A program made the position numbers and the translations under genes. Positions 8,713 through 18,710 of a stretch of 44,048 nt of DNA are shown one piece after another. The notes below the pieces were generated by a model. That model did no database searches, was not told the origin of the DNA, and saw only the letters and a list, made by a program, of their open reading frames with translations. The DNA is taken from positions 1-44,048 of the forward strand of contig JAAYGJ010000266.1 of NCBI GenBank assembly GCA_012727745.1. Direction: 5' to 3'. Numbering within the stretch: the stretch's first letter is position 1; every line of letters begins with the position of its first letter. Origin of the DNA: Clostridia bacterium (GTDB lineage Bacteria > Bacillota > DSM-521 > Neomoorellales > Neomoorellaceae).

Positions 8713-9938
8713 ATAGCTCCTCCCATCTGGCCCGTTTTCCGCCAGCCAGGCAGAATTCTGATTGCGTCCAGGATACAGTGGGCCACTTCTATTTTGGTCA
8801 GGCGGGGCAGTTCCTTGATACTGCCGTCGGGATAAATAAGGGTTACAACATTACTATCACTGCCAAACCCGGCTCCGGGCCGGGTAACATCATTGGCTAC
8901 AATTAAGTCTAATTTTTTTGCCTTAAGCTTTTGTCTGGCATTCGTCAGTAAGTTTTCCGTTTCTGCCGCAAAACCGACCAGTAACTGCTTATCTTTTTGC
9001 CGGCCCAGAATGGCCAGAATGTCTTCCGTAAGCTCCAATTCAACAACTGGCTCTATCTGGCCATTTTTTTTGAGCTTTTGGGGTGCTACAGCCCGGGGCC
9101 GAAAATCGGCTACCGCTGCTGCTTTTACTACTAAATCGGCATCGCTAAAACGTTCTTGCAGGGCAGCCAGCATTTCTGCTGCTGTTTGTACCGGGACTAA
9201 TTCTACCTCCGGAGGCGGCTGCAGTTGACTGGCACTGATTAGCGTCACCTTAGCGCCCCGTTCCCAGGCGGCCTGCGCCAGGGCATAACCCATTTTCCCG
9301 CTACTATAGTTACCCAGATAACGCACCGGATCCAGAGGCTCCCGGGTACCGCCGGCAGTCACCAGCACTATCCGTCCCTGGTAATCCTGGGGTGACAGGG
9401 CACGCCGGCAGGCAGCAACGATTACTTCCAGGCTGGCCAGTCGGCCCTTGCCACTGGTACCGCAGGCCAGTTCCCCTTCAGCCGGTTCGACAATAATCCA
9501 GCCCCGCTGTTTCAAAGTAGCCAGGTTGGCCTGGACTGAGTCTTTATTGTACATATTTACATTCATGGCCGGCGCCACCAAGGTAGGGCAGGTTACCGCC
9601 AGGGCGGTAGCACTTAGCAGATCATCGGCAAAGCCATGGGCCAACCTGGCCAAGGTATTGGCGGTGGCAGGGGCTACCAGAAAAAGATCAGCTCTAGCTG
9701 CCAGGTCTATATGCGTCAGCGGTGATTCGTTCTCATTGCCAAATAAGGTCGTTAAGGTGGGCCGTCCGGTCAGGGTAGCAAAGGTCAGGGGGGTAATAAA
9801 CTCCCGGGCCGCTGCCGTCATAACCACCTGCACAGTGGCCCCTTCCTGCTGCAGCAGACGACAAAGTTCAGCCGCTTTGTAAGCGGCTATTCCTCCACTA
9901 ACCCCCAGAACAATTGTCTTGCCCTTCAAGCTCCTCAT
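8709..9938 (-). CDS. coaBC: Bifunctional phosphopantothenoylcysteine decarboxylase / phosphopantothenate-cysteine ligase
   Basis: [18 protein letters not shown] flavoprotein N-terminus and [10 protein letters not shown] ligase motif. ATG 9938 overlaps the rpoZ stop (ATGA); the longest ORF would start at 9956. Confidence 0.95.
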   Translation of the reverse strand: MRSLKGKTIVLGVSGGIAAYKAAELCRLLQQEGATVQVVMTAAAREFITPLTFATLTGRPTLTTLFGNENESPLTHIDLAARADLFLVAPATANTLARLAHGFADDLLSATALAVTCPTLVAPAMNVNMYNKDSVQANLATLKQRGWIIVEPAEGELACGTSGKGRLASLEVIVAACRRALSPQDYQGRIVLVTAGGTREPLDPVRYLGNYSSGKMGYALAQAAWERGAKVTLISASQLQPPPEVELVPVQTAAEMLAALQERFSDADLVVKAAAVADFRPRAVAPQKLKKNGQIEPVVELELTEDILAILGRQKDKQLLVGFAAETENLLTNARQKLKAKKLDLIVANDVTRPGAGFGSDSNVVTLIYPDGSIKELPRLTKIEVAHCILDAIRILPGWRKTGQMGGAI

Positions 9939-10138
9939 GCCTTCTTCTTGCCCCATTCATATTTAACCTTGCCTTCAGCTATCTCCTGTAAAGCTACAGT
10001 CACCGGTTTGGTTCCTTTGGGATGCTGATCGGCAAAGTCGCTCTCTGTCAACATCCGTGCCCGGCGGGCAGCCAGGACTGCCAGGGCGTACTTGCTGCCT
10101 ACAATCTTTTCCAGCTGGTCCAAAGAAGGTTGCTTCAA
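9935..10138 (-). CDS. rpoZ: DNA-directed RNA polymerase subunit omega
   Basis: PSLDQLEKIVGSKYALAVLAARRARML is typical omega. TTG start with a GGGGTGA RBS. Confidence 0.9.
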   Translation of the reverse strand: MKQPSLDQLEKIVGSKYALAVLAARRARMLTESDFADQHPKGTKPVTVALQEIAEGKVKYEWGKKKA

Positions 10139-10333
10139 GGATCATCACCCCGTTATGATTTGAAATCCATTAGATGGTATGCAGTAACAACTGGCTGTAG
10201 CGTTATTGTTTTACTTATATCTTTACTATAAAAGATAAAACACCCGTGGGAAAAAGCAGATATACTTCTCCCCGGGTATTAATACTCCTGGGGTCATTTA
10301 TTGGCTATATTTATTAACCACACTATTCCGCTC

Positions 10334-10612
10334 TTAATCCCCGCTATCTTCCCCGGGGGCGTTAACAACTTCACGGGAAGTCAGACGATGGGCTACCGTC
10401 TCCGGCTGCACTGCTGAAAGAATAATATGATCGCTGTCAGTAATAATAACCGCCCTGGTTCGGCGGCCATAGGTTGCATCAATCAGCATCCCCCGTTCCC
10501 TTGCTTCCTGGATAATTCTTTTAATGGGTGCCGATTCGGGGCTGACTATAGCCACAATCCGCCGGGCTGATACAATATTGCCAAAGCCAATATTAATTAG
10601 TTTAATGTCCAT
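10334..10612 (-). CDS. remA: Extracellular matrix/biofilm regulator RemA (DUF370, YlzA)
   Basis: [60 protein letters not shown] is near-canonical RemA. Confidence 0.9.
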   Translation of the reverse strand: MDIKLINIGFGNIVSARRIVAIVSPESAPIKRIIQEARERGMLIDATYGRRTRAVIITDSDHIILSAVQPETVAHRLTSREVVNAPGEDSGD

Positions 10613-10627
10613 AATTCCCCTCCTTAG

Positions 10628-11506
10628 CTATTCCACATTCTGCACCTGTTCACGCATCTTTTCCAGCTCGCATTTAACCTCTACTACTAGATGGCTGATA
10701 TATTCGTTAGCGGCCTTGGCGCCAATAGTATTTATTTCCCGCCACATTTCCTGTAATATAAAATCCAAACGACGTCCAACTGCTCCACCTGCCGTCATAA
10801 CGCCACTTATTTGCTGCAGGTGACTCTTCAGGCGTACGATTTCTTCTGTAATATCAGCCCGTTCTGCGATCATCGCTACTTCCATTTCCAACCGTCCTGG
10901 GTCAAGGGGAACCCCTTCAAGCAGCTCTCCAATTCTTTCCTTTAATTTCAGAGCATAAGTGCGTGGTACGTCCGCTGCCTGCTGCTGGATAACCTCCACC
11001 TGGCTAGAAATTAAACGCACCCGCTTTTCCAGGTCGGCCTGCAGGCGCTGCCCTTCCTGTTGCCGCATAGCCAACAAGCCGGCGAGGGCTTTATCCAGGG
11101 CGGCAGCCATCACTGGCCACAAAGTTTCCTCATCCCATTCCGGCTCATTAGCTTTTAATACCTCAGGCAAAGCCAACAACTTGTCAGCGGTAATATCCAC
11201 CGGGATACCCATATTATGTGCCAGTTCCTTCAAAGCATTATAATACGTCATCGCCAGGTCGGTGTCAACGGTTAGCGGCTGTTTTTCTAGTTTTTCGTCG
11301 CTAATACTTATTATTGCTTCAACACGGCCCCTGTTAAGGTTTCCTTTAATCTGCTGACGAACCTTTTCCTCCAAAGCCAGGTAATACCTGGGCAGGCGCA
11401 CCACCACATCCAGATAGCGCTGATTAACTGCTTTTAATTCCACAGTGACCAACCAGCCGCAGCCGCTGGCTTCACCCCGACCATAACCAGTCATACTTTT
11501 AAGCAT
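10628..11506 (-). CDS. yicC: YicC/YloC family stress-induced endoribonuclease-like protein
   Basis: MLKSMTGYGRGE N-terminus and C-terminal DFILQEMWREINTIGAKA (DUF1732) block. Confidence 0.9.
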   Translation of the reverse strand: MLKSMTGYGRGEASGCGWLVTVELKAVNQRYLDVVVRLPRYYLALEEKVRQQIKGNLNRGRVEAIISISDEKLEKQPLTVDTDLAMTYYNALKELAHNMGIPVDITADKLLALPEVLKANEPEWDEETLWPVMAAALDKALAGLLAMRQQEGQRLQADLEKRVRLISSQVEVIQQQAADVPRTYALKLKERIGELLEGVPLDPGRLEMEVAMIAERADITEEIVRLKSHLQQISGVMTAGGAVGRRLDFILQEMWREINTIGAKAANEYISHLVVEVKCELEKMREQVQNVE

Positions 11507-11636
11507 AAGATACCCTTTCTAAACGAGACAAGAGAATGTTTATAGTACGTACGTTTTACCTCTACGGGGCATCGCCCCGAAGTCAACCTGCCCACCTCCA
11601 CCTGGAGCAAGTTGTTTCGTATTATTTTCGAAGGAG

Positions 11637-11663
11637 GAGGGACGCTTTATAACTGCGTCCCTC
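11637..11663 (-). terminator. Perfect 9-bp hairpin (GAGGGACGC-9nt-GCGTCCCTC) just after dapL
   Basis: Read directly. There is no clear T-run on the minus strand, so terminator function is uncertain. Confidence 0.4.
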
Positions 11664-11668
11664 TTAAG

Positions 11669-12841
11669 CTAAAATTCTACTTTCCCCAGATTCTGCCGCA
11701 GGCGCTCAATAGCTTCCCGGATACGCTCTTTACTGATGGTCAAGGCAATACGAAAATACCCTTCACCATAATTTCCGTAACCATTGCCCGGGGTAATAAT
11801 TACCCCGGCTTTATCCAGCACCATCTCGGCAAATTCAGCAGAAGTAAAACCTTTCGGTACCGGTGCCCAGACATAAAAGCTGGCTTTAGGTTTCTCCAGC
11901 TGCCATCCCATAGAATTGAAACCTTCTACAACAATATCACGCCGTTCCTGGTAGACCCTGCGCACTTCTTCCAGACACTGCTGCGGGCCTGTCAGAGCGG
12001 CTATACCCGCATACTGGACTGCCTGGAAGACCCCGGAATCAATATTTGATTTAATCCGCCCCAGAGCCTCAATTACATCGGCCCGGCCACAGGCCCAACC
12101 CAGCCGCCAACCAGTCATATTATAGGGTTTGGACACCGAATTGAATTCAATGCCTACCTCTTTGGCTCCAGGAGTTTGCAGAAAAGATTCTGCCTTGTAG
12201 CCATCATAGGTAATTTCACTATAGGCAGCATCATGGCAAACAATCAAATCATAGCTCTTGGCAAACTCAACTACCTCCTGGAAAAATTCTCTTCCGGCCA
12301 CAGCTCCGGTAGGATTATTAGGGTAATTGATAAACATCAGCTTGGCCCGGCGGGCAACTTCTGCGGGGATATCTGCCAGATTCGGTAAAAAGCCGTTGAC
12401 CTTGGTAAGAGGCATAAAATAAGATTCGCCGCCGGCCAGTAGGGTACCTATATTGTAAACCGGATAACCTGGGTCAGGGACCAGGTTTATATCGCCAGGA
12501 TCAACATAACAGAAAGATATATGCGCTATGCCCTCTTTGGAACCAATCAGGGTAACGATTTCCCGGCGAGGATCCAGTTCAACTCCGTACAGATTACGGT
12601 ACCAGTCAGCTACCGCCTGCCGGAAGGCCAGCATGCCCACTGAAGTGGGGTACTGGTGGTTTTCCGGATTGCGAGCCTCTTCTACCAGTTTTTCGATAAC
12701 ATGGTCCGGTGTAGGCATATCGGGATCGCCGATACCCAGGCTGATAATATCAACTCCCTGTTCTCGGGCTGCTTCGATTTTCTTTTCAATACGGGCAAAC
12801 AAATACGGTGGTAATTCGCGTATACGTCTGGCTTCTTGCAT
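11669..12841 (-). CDS. dapL: LL-diaminopimelate aminotransferase-type class I aminotransferase (DapL-like)
   Basis: [37 protein letters not shown] and [15 protein letters not shown] (PLP lysine) blocks. It lies immediately downstream of dapF. ATG 12841 follows an AAGGAG RBS; the longest ORF starts at 12904. Confidence 0.8.
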   Translation of the reverse strand: MQEARRIRELPPYLFARIEKKIEAAREQGVDIISLGIGDPDMPTPDHVIEKLVEEARNPENHQYPTSVGMLAFRQAVADWYRNLYGVELDPRREIVTLIGSKEGIAHISFCYVDPGDINLVPDPGYPVYNIGTLLAGGESYFMPLTKVNGFLPNLADIPAEVARRAKLMFINYPNNPTGAVAGREFFQEVVEFAKSYDLIVCHDAAYSEITYDGYKAESFLQTPGAKEVGIEFNSVSKPYNMTGWRLGWACGRADVIEALGRIKSNIDSGVFQAVQYAGIAALTGPQQCLEEVRRVYQERRDIVVEGFNSMGWQLEKPKASFYVWAPVPKGFTSAEFAEMVLDKAGVIITPGNGYGNYGEGYFRIALTISKERIREAIERLRQNLGKVEF

Positions 12842-12965
12842 TATGTACGCCTCCTTTGATAATAAAATCCTACCCTGGCCGCCAAGCTTATTGTTTTTAT
12901 TCACACGGTGCGCTCGGCGCCGGGCAAGCCCTTTAGGTAAAAAACCAAGTTAAATTTATGGCCTA

Positions 12966-13811
12966 TCAAGCTTCCTCCAGCGGGAATTCACCCCGGAAAA
13001 CTTCCTCAGCCGGGCCTGTCATATAAACATGGTCGTCATCCGGCGACCATTCGATCTGCAGGTCGCCGGCAGCCAGGTGCACTGTTACCCGGCGCTCGCT
13101 ACGGCCGGTTAAAGCTGCGGCTACTGTAGCAGCACAGGCACCGGTCCCGCAGGCCATCGTCTCGCCGGCGCCCCGCTCCCAGACCCGCATTTTCAGTTCA
13201 GTAGGGTTAAGAACCTCAATAAATTCTACATTGGTGCGCTGGGGAAACAGGGGGTGATGTTCCACAGTCGGCCCAACCGTAGCTACCGGCGCCTGTTCCA
13301 CATCATTGACAAAAAAAACGCAGTGGGGGTTGCCCATAGAAACACAGGTCCCCTGCCAGCTTGTCCCCTCTATGGTTATCGTTTCGTTTATAACCGGTGA
13401 ACCTTCGCCCAGCATAGGTATCTCAGAACGTTCTAAGCGCGGTTTGCCCATATCCACCTGTACAGCCGCTACTTTATCCCCTTCTAATATTAGCAAAGGT
13501 TTAATTATCCCTGCCAGGGTTTCCACGGTAAATTCTGTTTTCTGTACCATTCCTGCTTCAAAAACATAACTGGCAAAACAGCGAATACCATTACCGCACA
13601 TTTCCGGCTCGCTGCCGTCGGGGTTGAAAATCCGCATACGTAAATCAGCCTGTTCCGAAGGTAGAATCACAATCAAGCCATCAGCACCAACCCCAAACCT
13701 GCGGTGACAGATCCGGCGGGCCAGGCTGGCATAATCCTCAATCCTCGGCGCCTCAATCAGCACAAAATCATTTCCCAGTCCATGCATCTTAACAAACTTC
13801 AAGCAGATCAC
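12966..13811 (-). CDS. dapF: Diaminopimelate epimerase
   Basis: KMHGLGNDFVLI, two catalytic Cys contexts (EMCGNGIRC, ACGTGACA). The true start may be the TTG at 13802 (M-KFVKMHG...). Confidence 0.93.
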   Translation of the reverse strand: MICLKFVKMHGLGNDFVLIEAPRIEDYASLARRICHRRFGVGADGLIVILPSEQADLRMRIFNPDGSEPEMCGNGIRCFASYVFEAGMVQKTEFTVETLAGIIKPLLILEGDKVAAVQVDMGKPRLERSEIPMLGEGSPVINETITIEGTSWQGTCVSMGNPHCVFFVNDVEQAPVATVGPTVEHHPLFPQRTNVEFIEVLNPTELKMRVWERGAGETMACGTGACAATVAAALTGRSERRVTVHLAAGDLQIEWSPDDDHVYMTGPAEEVFRGEFPLEEA

Positions 13812-13821
13812 CCTTGCTCAA

Positions 13822-13852
13822 AACATTTATGCTCTCATTTTAACATTTATGC
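13822..13852. repeat. Direct repeat AACATTTATGC x2, 20 bp centre to centre, in the 61-bp gap upstream of dapF
   Basis: Identical 11-mers at 13822-13832 and 13842-13852, read directly. Confidence 0.7.
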
Positions 13853-13872
13853 CTAATTTTCGCCAGTTTTAT

Positions 13873-16692
13873 TTACTTTTGCCAGACCAAACGCCAGGCC
13901 GGCTCAAGCAGGTAATAATTAATTGCGTAATACATGGTGCGCCAACCTGCTGCCAGTAAAACCAGACCCCAGTGGAAATAATTTAAAGGAGCCGTCTTAA
14001 AGATCGCCTGAAAAACAGGCACATAAAGCACCATTAACTGCATAAGCAGAGAGCAGGCCACCGCCCCTACCAGGTAAGGGTTGGAAAAATAGCCTACTGC
14101 GAATGGGGAAAGCTCCTGAGAGCGACATTCAAAAACAGCAAAAAGCTGGGCCATCACCAGAGTGGTAAATGCTATTGTGCGGGCGGTAATGATGTCTCCT
14201 TCCCCCAGGTATAAGCCCACTACAAAGGCAGCCAGGGTAGCCAGGCCAATTTGCAAACCCAGGGTTAGCATCCCTTTGCCCATTCCCCGGGCAAAGACAC
14301 TTTCACCAGGTGGGTGGGGCGGCCGCTGCATTATTCCCGGTTCTTTGTTATCCATTCCTAGAGCTAGAGCGGGTAAACCGTCTGTAACCAGGTTAACCCA
14401 GAGGATTTGGATAGGCAGTAGCGGCAGTGGCAAGCCACTGAGCACAGCTAAAAACATGGTCAAAACTTCGCCGATATTACAGGAAAGTAAGTAACGAATA
14501 AATTTGCGGATATTATCATATATAGCCCGCCCTTCTTCAATAGCAGCTACAATAGAGGCAAAATTATCATCGGCTAGAACCATAGCCGCAGCTTCCCTGG
14601 TAACGTCGGTGCCGCTACGACCCATAGCGATACCAATATCCGCCTCTTTTACCGCCGGGGCGTCATTAACACCATCCCCGGTCATAGCAATCACATGGCC
14701 CTTTGCTTTCAAAGCCCTGACAATGCGCAACTTGTGCTGGGGAGTTGCCCGGGCATAAACATTTACCCGCGCAGCCGCTTTGACCAACTGGGCATCTGTC
14801 ATTTTTTCTAACTGGTTGCCGTTCATAATCTGACTTTCATGCTCTACCGGCAGGCCCAATTCCCGGGCGATTGCCCGCGCAGTTGCCTGATGGTCTCCGG
14901 TAATCATAATAACTTTGATCCCTGCCTGGCGACAAACCCGGATAGCTGCGGCAGCCTCTGGCCGGGGGGGATCGGATATCCCTATCAGTCCTACCAGGGT
15001 TAATTTATTTTCTATTGTCTCTTCCGTTATTGCCGTTCCTGCCTCCAGGTCACGGTAAGCCAGAGCCAGGACCCGTAAAGCCTGACCGGCCATGGCCTCA
15101 TTTTCCTTTACAAGCAAGCGGCGATAGTATTCGTCCAAGGGCACACTTTTATCACCAATAAGGATAGTATCGCACAGGTCAAAGATAACGTCCGGCGCCC
15201 CTTTGACATAAGCCCGCAAGCCCCGGCCCTGCCGGCAGACGACGCTCATACGTTTGCGCTCTGGATCGAAGGGAAGCTCGGCAACCCTGGCTGCTTTTTT
15301 TTCCAGCTCTTCGCGCCACAATCCCCCCTTGGCCGCTGCGACCAGCAAAGCACCTTCGGTGGGATCGCCGTTAATGTCCCAGTCATTATTACCGGCAGCT
15401 CCAAATACTCGAGCAAAAACATTATGTCTGCTTTTGCCGCTGATACTTACACCTTTTTGCCGGCCATTTCCCCGCCTGCCGCCGCGCAGCCAGCCCCCCA
15501 GAGCTATTCCCCTTTTCTGCAAGGCGGCATTGTTACACAGGGCGGCAATGGTTAGCAGCAGTTTGAGGTTGCCGCTAACTGCCACCCGTTTTTCTCCATG
15601 CCTGTATTCACCCTGGGGCCGGTAGCCAGTCCCGCTGACTGTTAAACGCTGCCCGCCAACCCATACCTGGCGCACGGTCATCTTGTTTTCCGTCAGGGTA
15701 CCGGTCTTATCAGAACAGATAACCGTAGCACAGCCCAAGGTTTCTACCGCAGGCAGCTTACGGATAATAGCATTACGCTTGGCCATTTTCTGTACACCCA
15801 GAGCCAAACATACAGTTACGATGGCCGGCAAACCCTCAGGGATAGCAGCCACAGCCAGGCTAACCCCGGCCAGGAACATGCTGTAAAGCGTTTCGCCCCG
15901 GCTAATACCAATTATTACTACCGCCGTGCATATAGCCAGACAGGCCAGTACCAACCAGCGCCCTAAATGGGCCAGGCGTTTTTGTAAAGGCGTCGTTTCC
16001 TCCGTTACTTCCTGGAGCATGCCGGCAATCTTGCCCATCTCCGTGGCCATCCCGGTAGCTACCGCTACCGCTACTCCCCGGCCCCTGGTAATCACCGTTC
16101 CCTGGTGGACCATATTGCGACGATCTCCCACAGTGACCGTTCCCACCAACCTCCCGGGAGTTTTGTTAACCGCCGTCGACTCACCTGTGAGAGCGGATTC
16201 TTCCGCCTGGAGCATGCTGCTGCTGAGCAACAGGGCATCAGCTGCCACCCGATCGCCGCTTTCTAGTAAAATAATGTCCCCGGGGACAACTTCCCGGGCC
16301 GCTATTCTTTGTACTACACCATCTCTTCTAACCCGGGCTTCCGGGGCTGCCATTGCCCGCAAAGCTTCCAGTGAACGCTCAGCCCGATATTCCTGAATAA
16401 AACCCAACAGGGCATTAATAGTCACAATGGCCAAAATGGTGACAGCATCAGCAATTTCACCCAGCAAAAATGATACGGCTGTAGCAGCCAGCAATACTGA
16501 TACCATGAAATCTTTGAACTGGGAGAAAAATAATTTGTAAGGCGGCTCCTTGGGCTTGGTTTGGAGCTGGTTGGGACCGGCTTTAGCCAGACGGCTGTAT
16601 GCTTCGTCCGAGGCCAGACCCCTCTCGGCATCAACTTGCATGATTTGCAAAACTTCTCTGTCGCTCAACTGGTACCAGGGTTGCAACTGCAT
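13873..16692 (-). CDS. P-type Ca2+-transporting ATPase (P2A, YloB/SERCA-like)
   Basis: DKTGTLT phosphorylation site, [18 protein letters not shown] and [11 protein letters not shown] motifs, with 10-TM topology. Confidence 0.93.
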   Translation of the reverse strand: MQLQPWYQLSDREVLQIMQVDAERGLASDEAYSRLAKAGPNQLQTKPKEPPYKLFFSQFKDFMVSVLLAATAVSFLLGEIADAVTILAIVTINALLGFIQEYRAERSLEALRAMAAPEARVRRDGVVQRIAAREVVPGDIILLESGDRVAADALLLSSSMLQAEESALTGESTAVNKTPGRLVGTVTVGDRRNMVHQGTVITRGRGVAVAVATGMATEMGKIAGMLQEVTEETTPLQKRLAHLGRWLVLACLAICTAVVIIGISRGETLYSMFLAGVSLAVAAIPEGLPAIVTVCLALGVQKMAKRNAIIRKLPAVETLGCATVICSDKTGTLTENKMTVRQVWVGGQRLTVSGTGYRPQGEYRHGEKRVAVSGNLKLLLTIAALCNNAALQKRGIALGGWLRGGRRGNGRQKGVSISGKSRHNVFARVFGAAGNNDWDINGDPTEGALLVAAAKGGLWREELEKKAARVAELPFDPERKRMSVVCRQGRGLRAYVKGAPDVIFDLCDTILIGDKSVPLDEYYRRLLVKENEAMAGQALRVLALAYRDLEAGTAITEETIENKLTLVGLIGISDPPRPEAAAAIRVCRQAGIKVIMITGDHQATARAIARELGLPVEHESQIMNGNQLEKMTDAQLVKAAARVNVYARATPQHKLRIVRALKAKGHVIAMTGDGVNDAPAVKEADIGIAMGRSGTDVTREAAAMVLADDNFASIVAAIEEGRAIYDNIRKFIRYLLSCNIGEVLTMFLAVLSGLPLPLLPIQILWVNLVTDGLPALALGMDNKEPGIMQRPPHPPGESVFARGMGKGMLTLGLQIGLATLAAFVVGLYLGEGDIITARTIAFTTLVMAQLFAVFECRSQELSPFAVGYFSNPYLVGAVACSLLMQLMVLYVPVFQAIFKTAPLNYFHWGLVLLAAGWRTMYYAINYYLLEPAWRLVWQK

Positions 16693-16772
16693 TCACTGTT
16701 TCCCCTCTTTCTTCCAGAATCACCATCAGTTTATGCCTGTACCTGGAAGAAAAGAACATCCGCACTGCGTAG

Positions 16773-16801
16773 TTTCCAGTTGCCGGCAGGCATGCTATAC
16801 T
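16773..16801 (+). promoter_or_regulatory. Possible promoter TTTCCA-17-TATACT (TGc extended -10) for rqcH
   Basis: Read by eye in the 257-bp divergent intergenic region. Confidence 0.3.
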
Positions 16802-16949
16802 AAACCCGTAGTATTTCACCTCGTTTTTCTTTAAAATATGACTTCAAACCTTTCCCGTCTCTCTTTCCGCATAATTTAGAAAGGTGCTGCCCTGCCTGGA
16901 GCGCACCGCGATGAATGAAAACATTTCTTAAAATAAGGAGCAATATTTT

Positions 16950-18710
16950 ATGGCTTTCGATGGTATTTTCCTCGCTGCCATTAGGGAAGAATTAACAGAG
17001 CTGATAGGCAGTCGCGTTGACCGCATTTTTCAACCGGAAAAAGAAACCCTGATCTTGCACCTGCGCAAGGCCCGGGAAACCAAAAAACTATTGCTCTGCA
17101 GTTTGCCCGACCAGGCCCGGGTGCACCTGACAGCAGGAGGTTTTACCAACCCTCCCAGCCCGCCCCTATTTTGTATGGTACTCCGCAAGCACCTGGAGGG
17201 TAGCTTCCTGGCAGCTATCGAGCAACCCGGCCTGGAACGGGTCCTGAAGCTGCACTTTAATACTGCCGACGAGCTGGGCCGCCCGACAACGCGGTTGCTG
17301 GTAGTTGAAATTATGGGCAAACACTCGAATATTATTCTACTAAAACCGGACGGTGAAATTGTTGACGCCAGCCGCCGTTACACCCATGCTGTCAGCCGCC
17401 ACCGCGAAGTCCTGCCCGGACGCCCTTATATCCCTCCCCCGCCCCAGGAAAAAGCCGACCCCAGACAAATGGATGACGAGGCTTTCTGCAACTATCTCCT
17501 GAGCAGCAGCCTCAACCTGCCCCTGCAACGGTTACTGGTGCAAAAGCTAAGCGGTATCGGCCCGCAAACTGCCGCTGAAATCCTGCACCGGGCGGCTTTG
17601 CCGGTAGAAACAACCCTGAACGATTGCGGCCAATACGAATTAACCCGCCTCTGGCAGGCCCTTCAAGAAATACTGGCAGCGACGGCAGCCCCTGCCTCGC
17701 AGGCAGTAGTTGTCAGAAACAAAGAACAACAGCCCCTGGCTTTTGCCGCTTTTGATTTATACCAGTACCAGGATCTACCACGGGAGTACTACGAGGGGCC
17801 TTCAAAAGCCTGTGATAATTTCTTTGCTGCCCGCCGCGAGGCGCAGATCCTGGCAGGAATGCGGCTCAGTTTAGAACATACCCTGCAGAGAGAACTAAAA
17901 CGCTGCCGTAAAAAAGAAAGCTTACAGGCAGCAACTGTGGCTGAAGCCAGCGGAGCCGAAGCCTGGCGCCTGGCCGGCGAACTGATTACCGCCAATATTT
18001 ACCGGCTGACCAGGGGGCAGGACAGCTTTACAGCCATTAACTTTTATGACCCGGAAAACAAGCCGATTACCATCAAACTGGACCCTGCTTTGAGTCCGGC
18101 AGAAAATGCCCGCATTTATTTCAATCGCTATAATAAAGCCAAAAATGCCGCCCGTCTGGCCAGAGAACAGCTTGAAAAAACCCGCGAAGAAATCGCCTAC
18201 CTGGAAAGCATCAACCAAGCCCTGTCAATAGCAGTAGATAAGTACGACCTGGTAGAAATCCAACGGGAACTGCGCCGGGCCGGTTACCTGCCAGAACCCA
18301 GAAGCAAACAACAAGCCGGCCGAAAAGCAAAACAAAAAGAGGCTCTCCGGCAGTCCCTACCCCTCGAATTTACCTCCCCTGACGGTTTTAAAATACTGGT
18401 AGGTAAAAACAACCGCCAAAATGACTGGCTAACCCTGAGGCAGGCCGCCGACAGCGACCTCTGGTTGCATGCCAAAGATATTCCCGGCTCTCACGTAATT
18501 ATCAAGACTGAAGGCCGGCAGGTATCTGCCGCTACCCTGGAGATGGCAGCCCGGCTGGCGGCCCGCTACAGCAGCGCCCGCCAGTCCAGCCGGGTGCCAG
18601 TAGACTATACTCTGGTAAAACACGTCCGTAAACCCGCCGGGGCCAAACCCGGCAGAGTAATCTATGACCACCAGCGCACAGTTTATGTAACTCCCATCGA
18701 AATTACTTAA
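16950..18710 (+). CDS. rqcH: Ribosome quality control protein RqcH (NFACT / fibronectin-binding protein A family, YloA)
   Basis: MAFDGIFLAAIREEL...RIFQPEKETLILHL N-terminus, central coiled coil, and C-terminal GFKILVGKNNRQND...LWLHAKDIPGSHVII (NFACT-R/DUF814). Confidence 0.9.
   Translation: MAFDGIFLAAIREELTELIGSRVDRIFQPEKETLILHLRKARETKKLLLCSLPDQARVHLTAGGFTNPPSPPLFCMVLRKHLEGSFLAAIEQPGLERVLKLHFNTADELGRPTTRLLVVEIMGKHSNIILLKPDGEIVDASRRYTHAVSRHREVLPGRPYIPPPPQEKADPRQMDDEAFCNYLLSSSLNLPLQRLLVQKLSGIGPQTAAEILHRAALPVETTLNDCGQYELTRLWQALQEILAATAAPASQAVVVRNKEQQPLAFAAFDLYQYQDLPREYYEGPSKACDNFFAARREAQILAGMRLSLEHTLQRELKRCRKKESLQAATVAEASGAEAWRLAGELITANIYRLTRGQDSFTAINFYDPENKPITIKLDPALSPAENARIYFNRYNKAKNAARLAREQLEKTREEIAYLESINQALSIAVDKYDLVEIQRELRRAGYLPEPRSKQQAGRKAKQKEALRQSLPLEFTSPDGFKILVGKNNRQNDWLTLRQAADSDLWLHAKDIPGSHVIIKTEGRQVSAATLEMAARLAARYSSARQSSRVPVDYTLVKHVRKPAGAKPGRVIYDHQRTVYVTPIEIT

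Noticed and set aside
10139-10333. Decayed gmk pseudogene or small ORF in the remA-rpoZ gap
   Set aside because: The only minus-strand ATG ORF is 23 codons without an RBS. 195 bp cannot hold a recognisable Gmk remnant by eye. A tblastn would be needed to exclude short relics.
14162-16396. Series of plus-strand ORFs (110-156 aa) opposite the Ca-ATPase gene
   Set aside because: They are antisense shadows of a long, strongly conserved gene. The translations are P/A/S/R-rich with no motifs.
16693-16949. Riboswitch or structured leader in the 257-bp divergent region between the Ca-ATPase and rqcH
   Set aside because: There are only short, imperfect inverted repeats (CTTCCAG...CTGGAAG with a 25-nt loop; GGTGC...GCACC). 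I recognise no riboswitch core motif.
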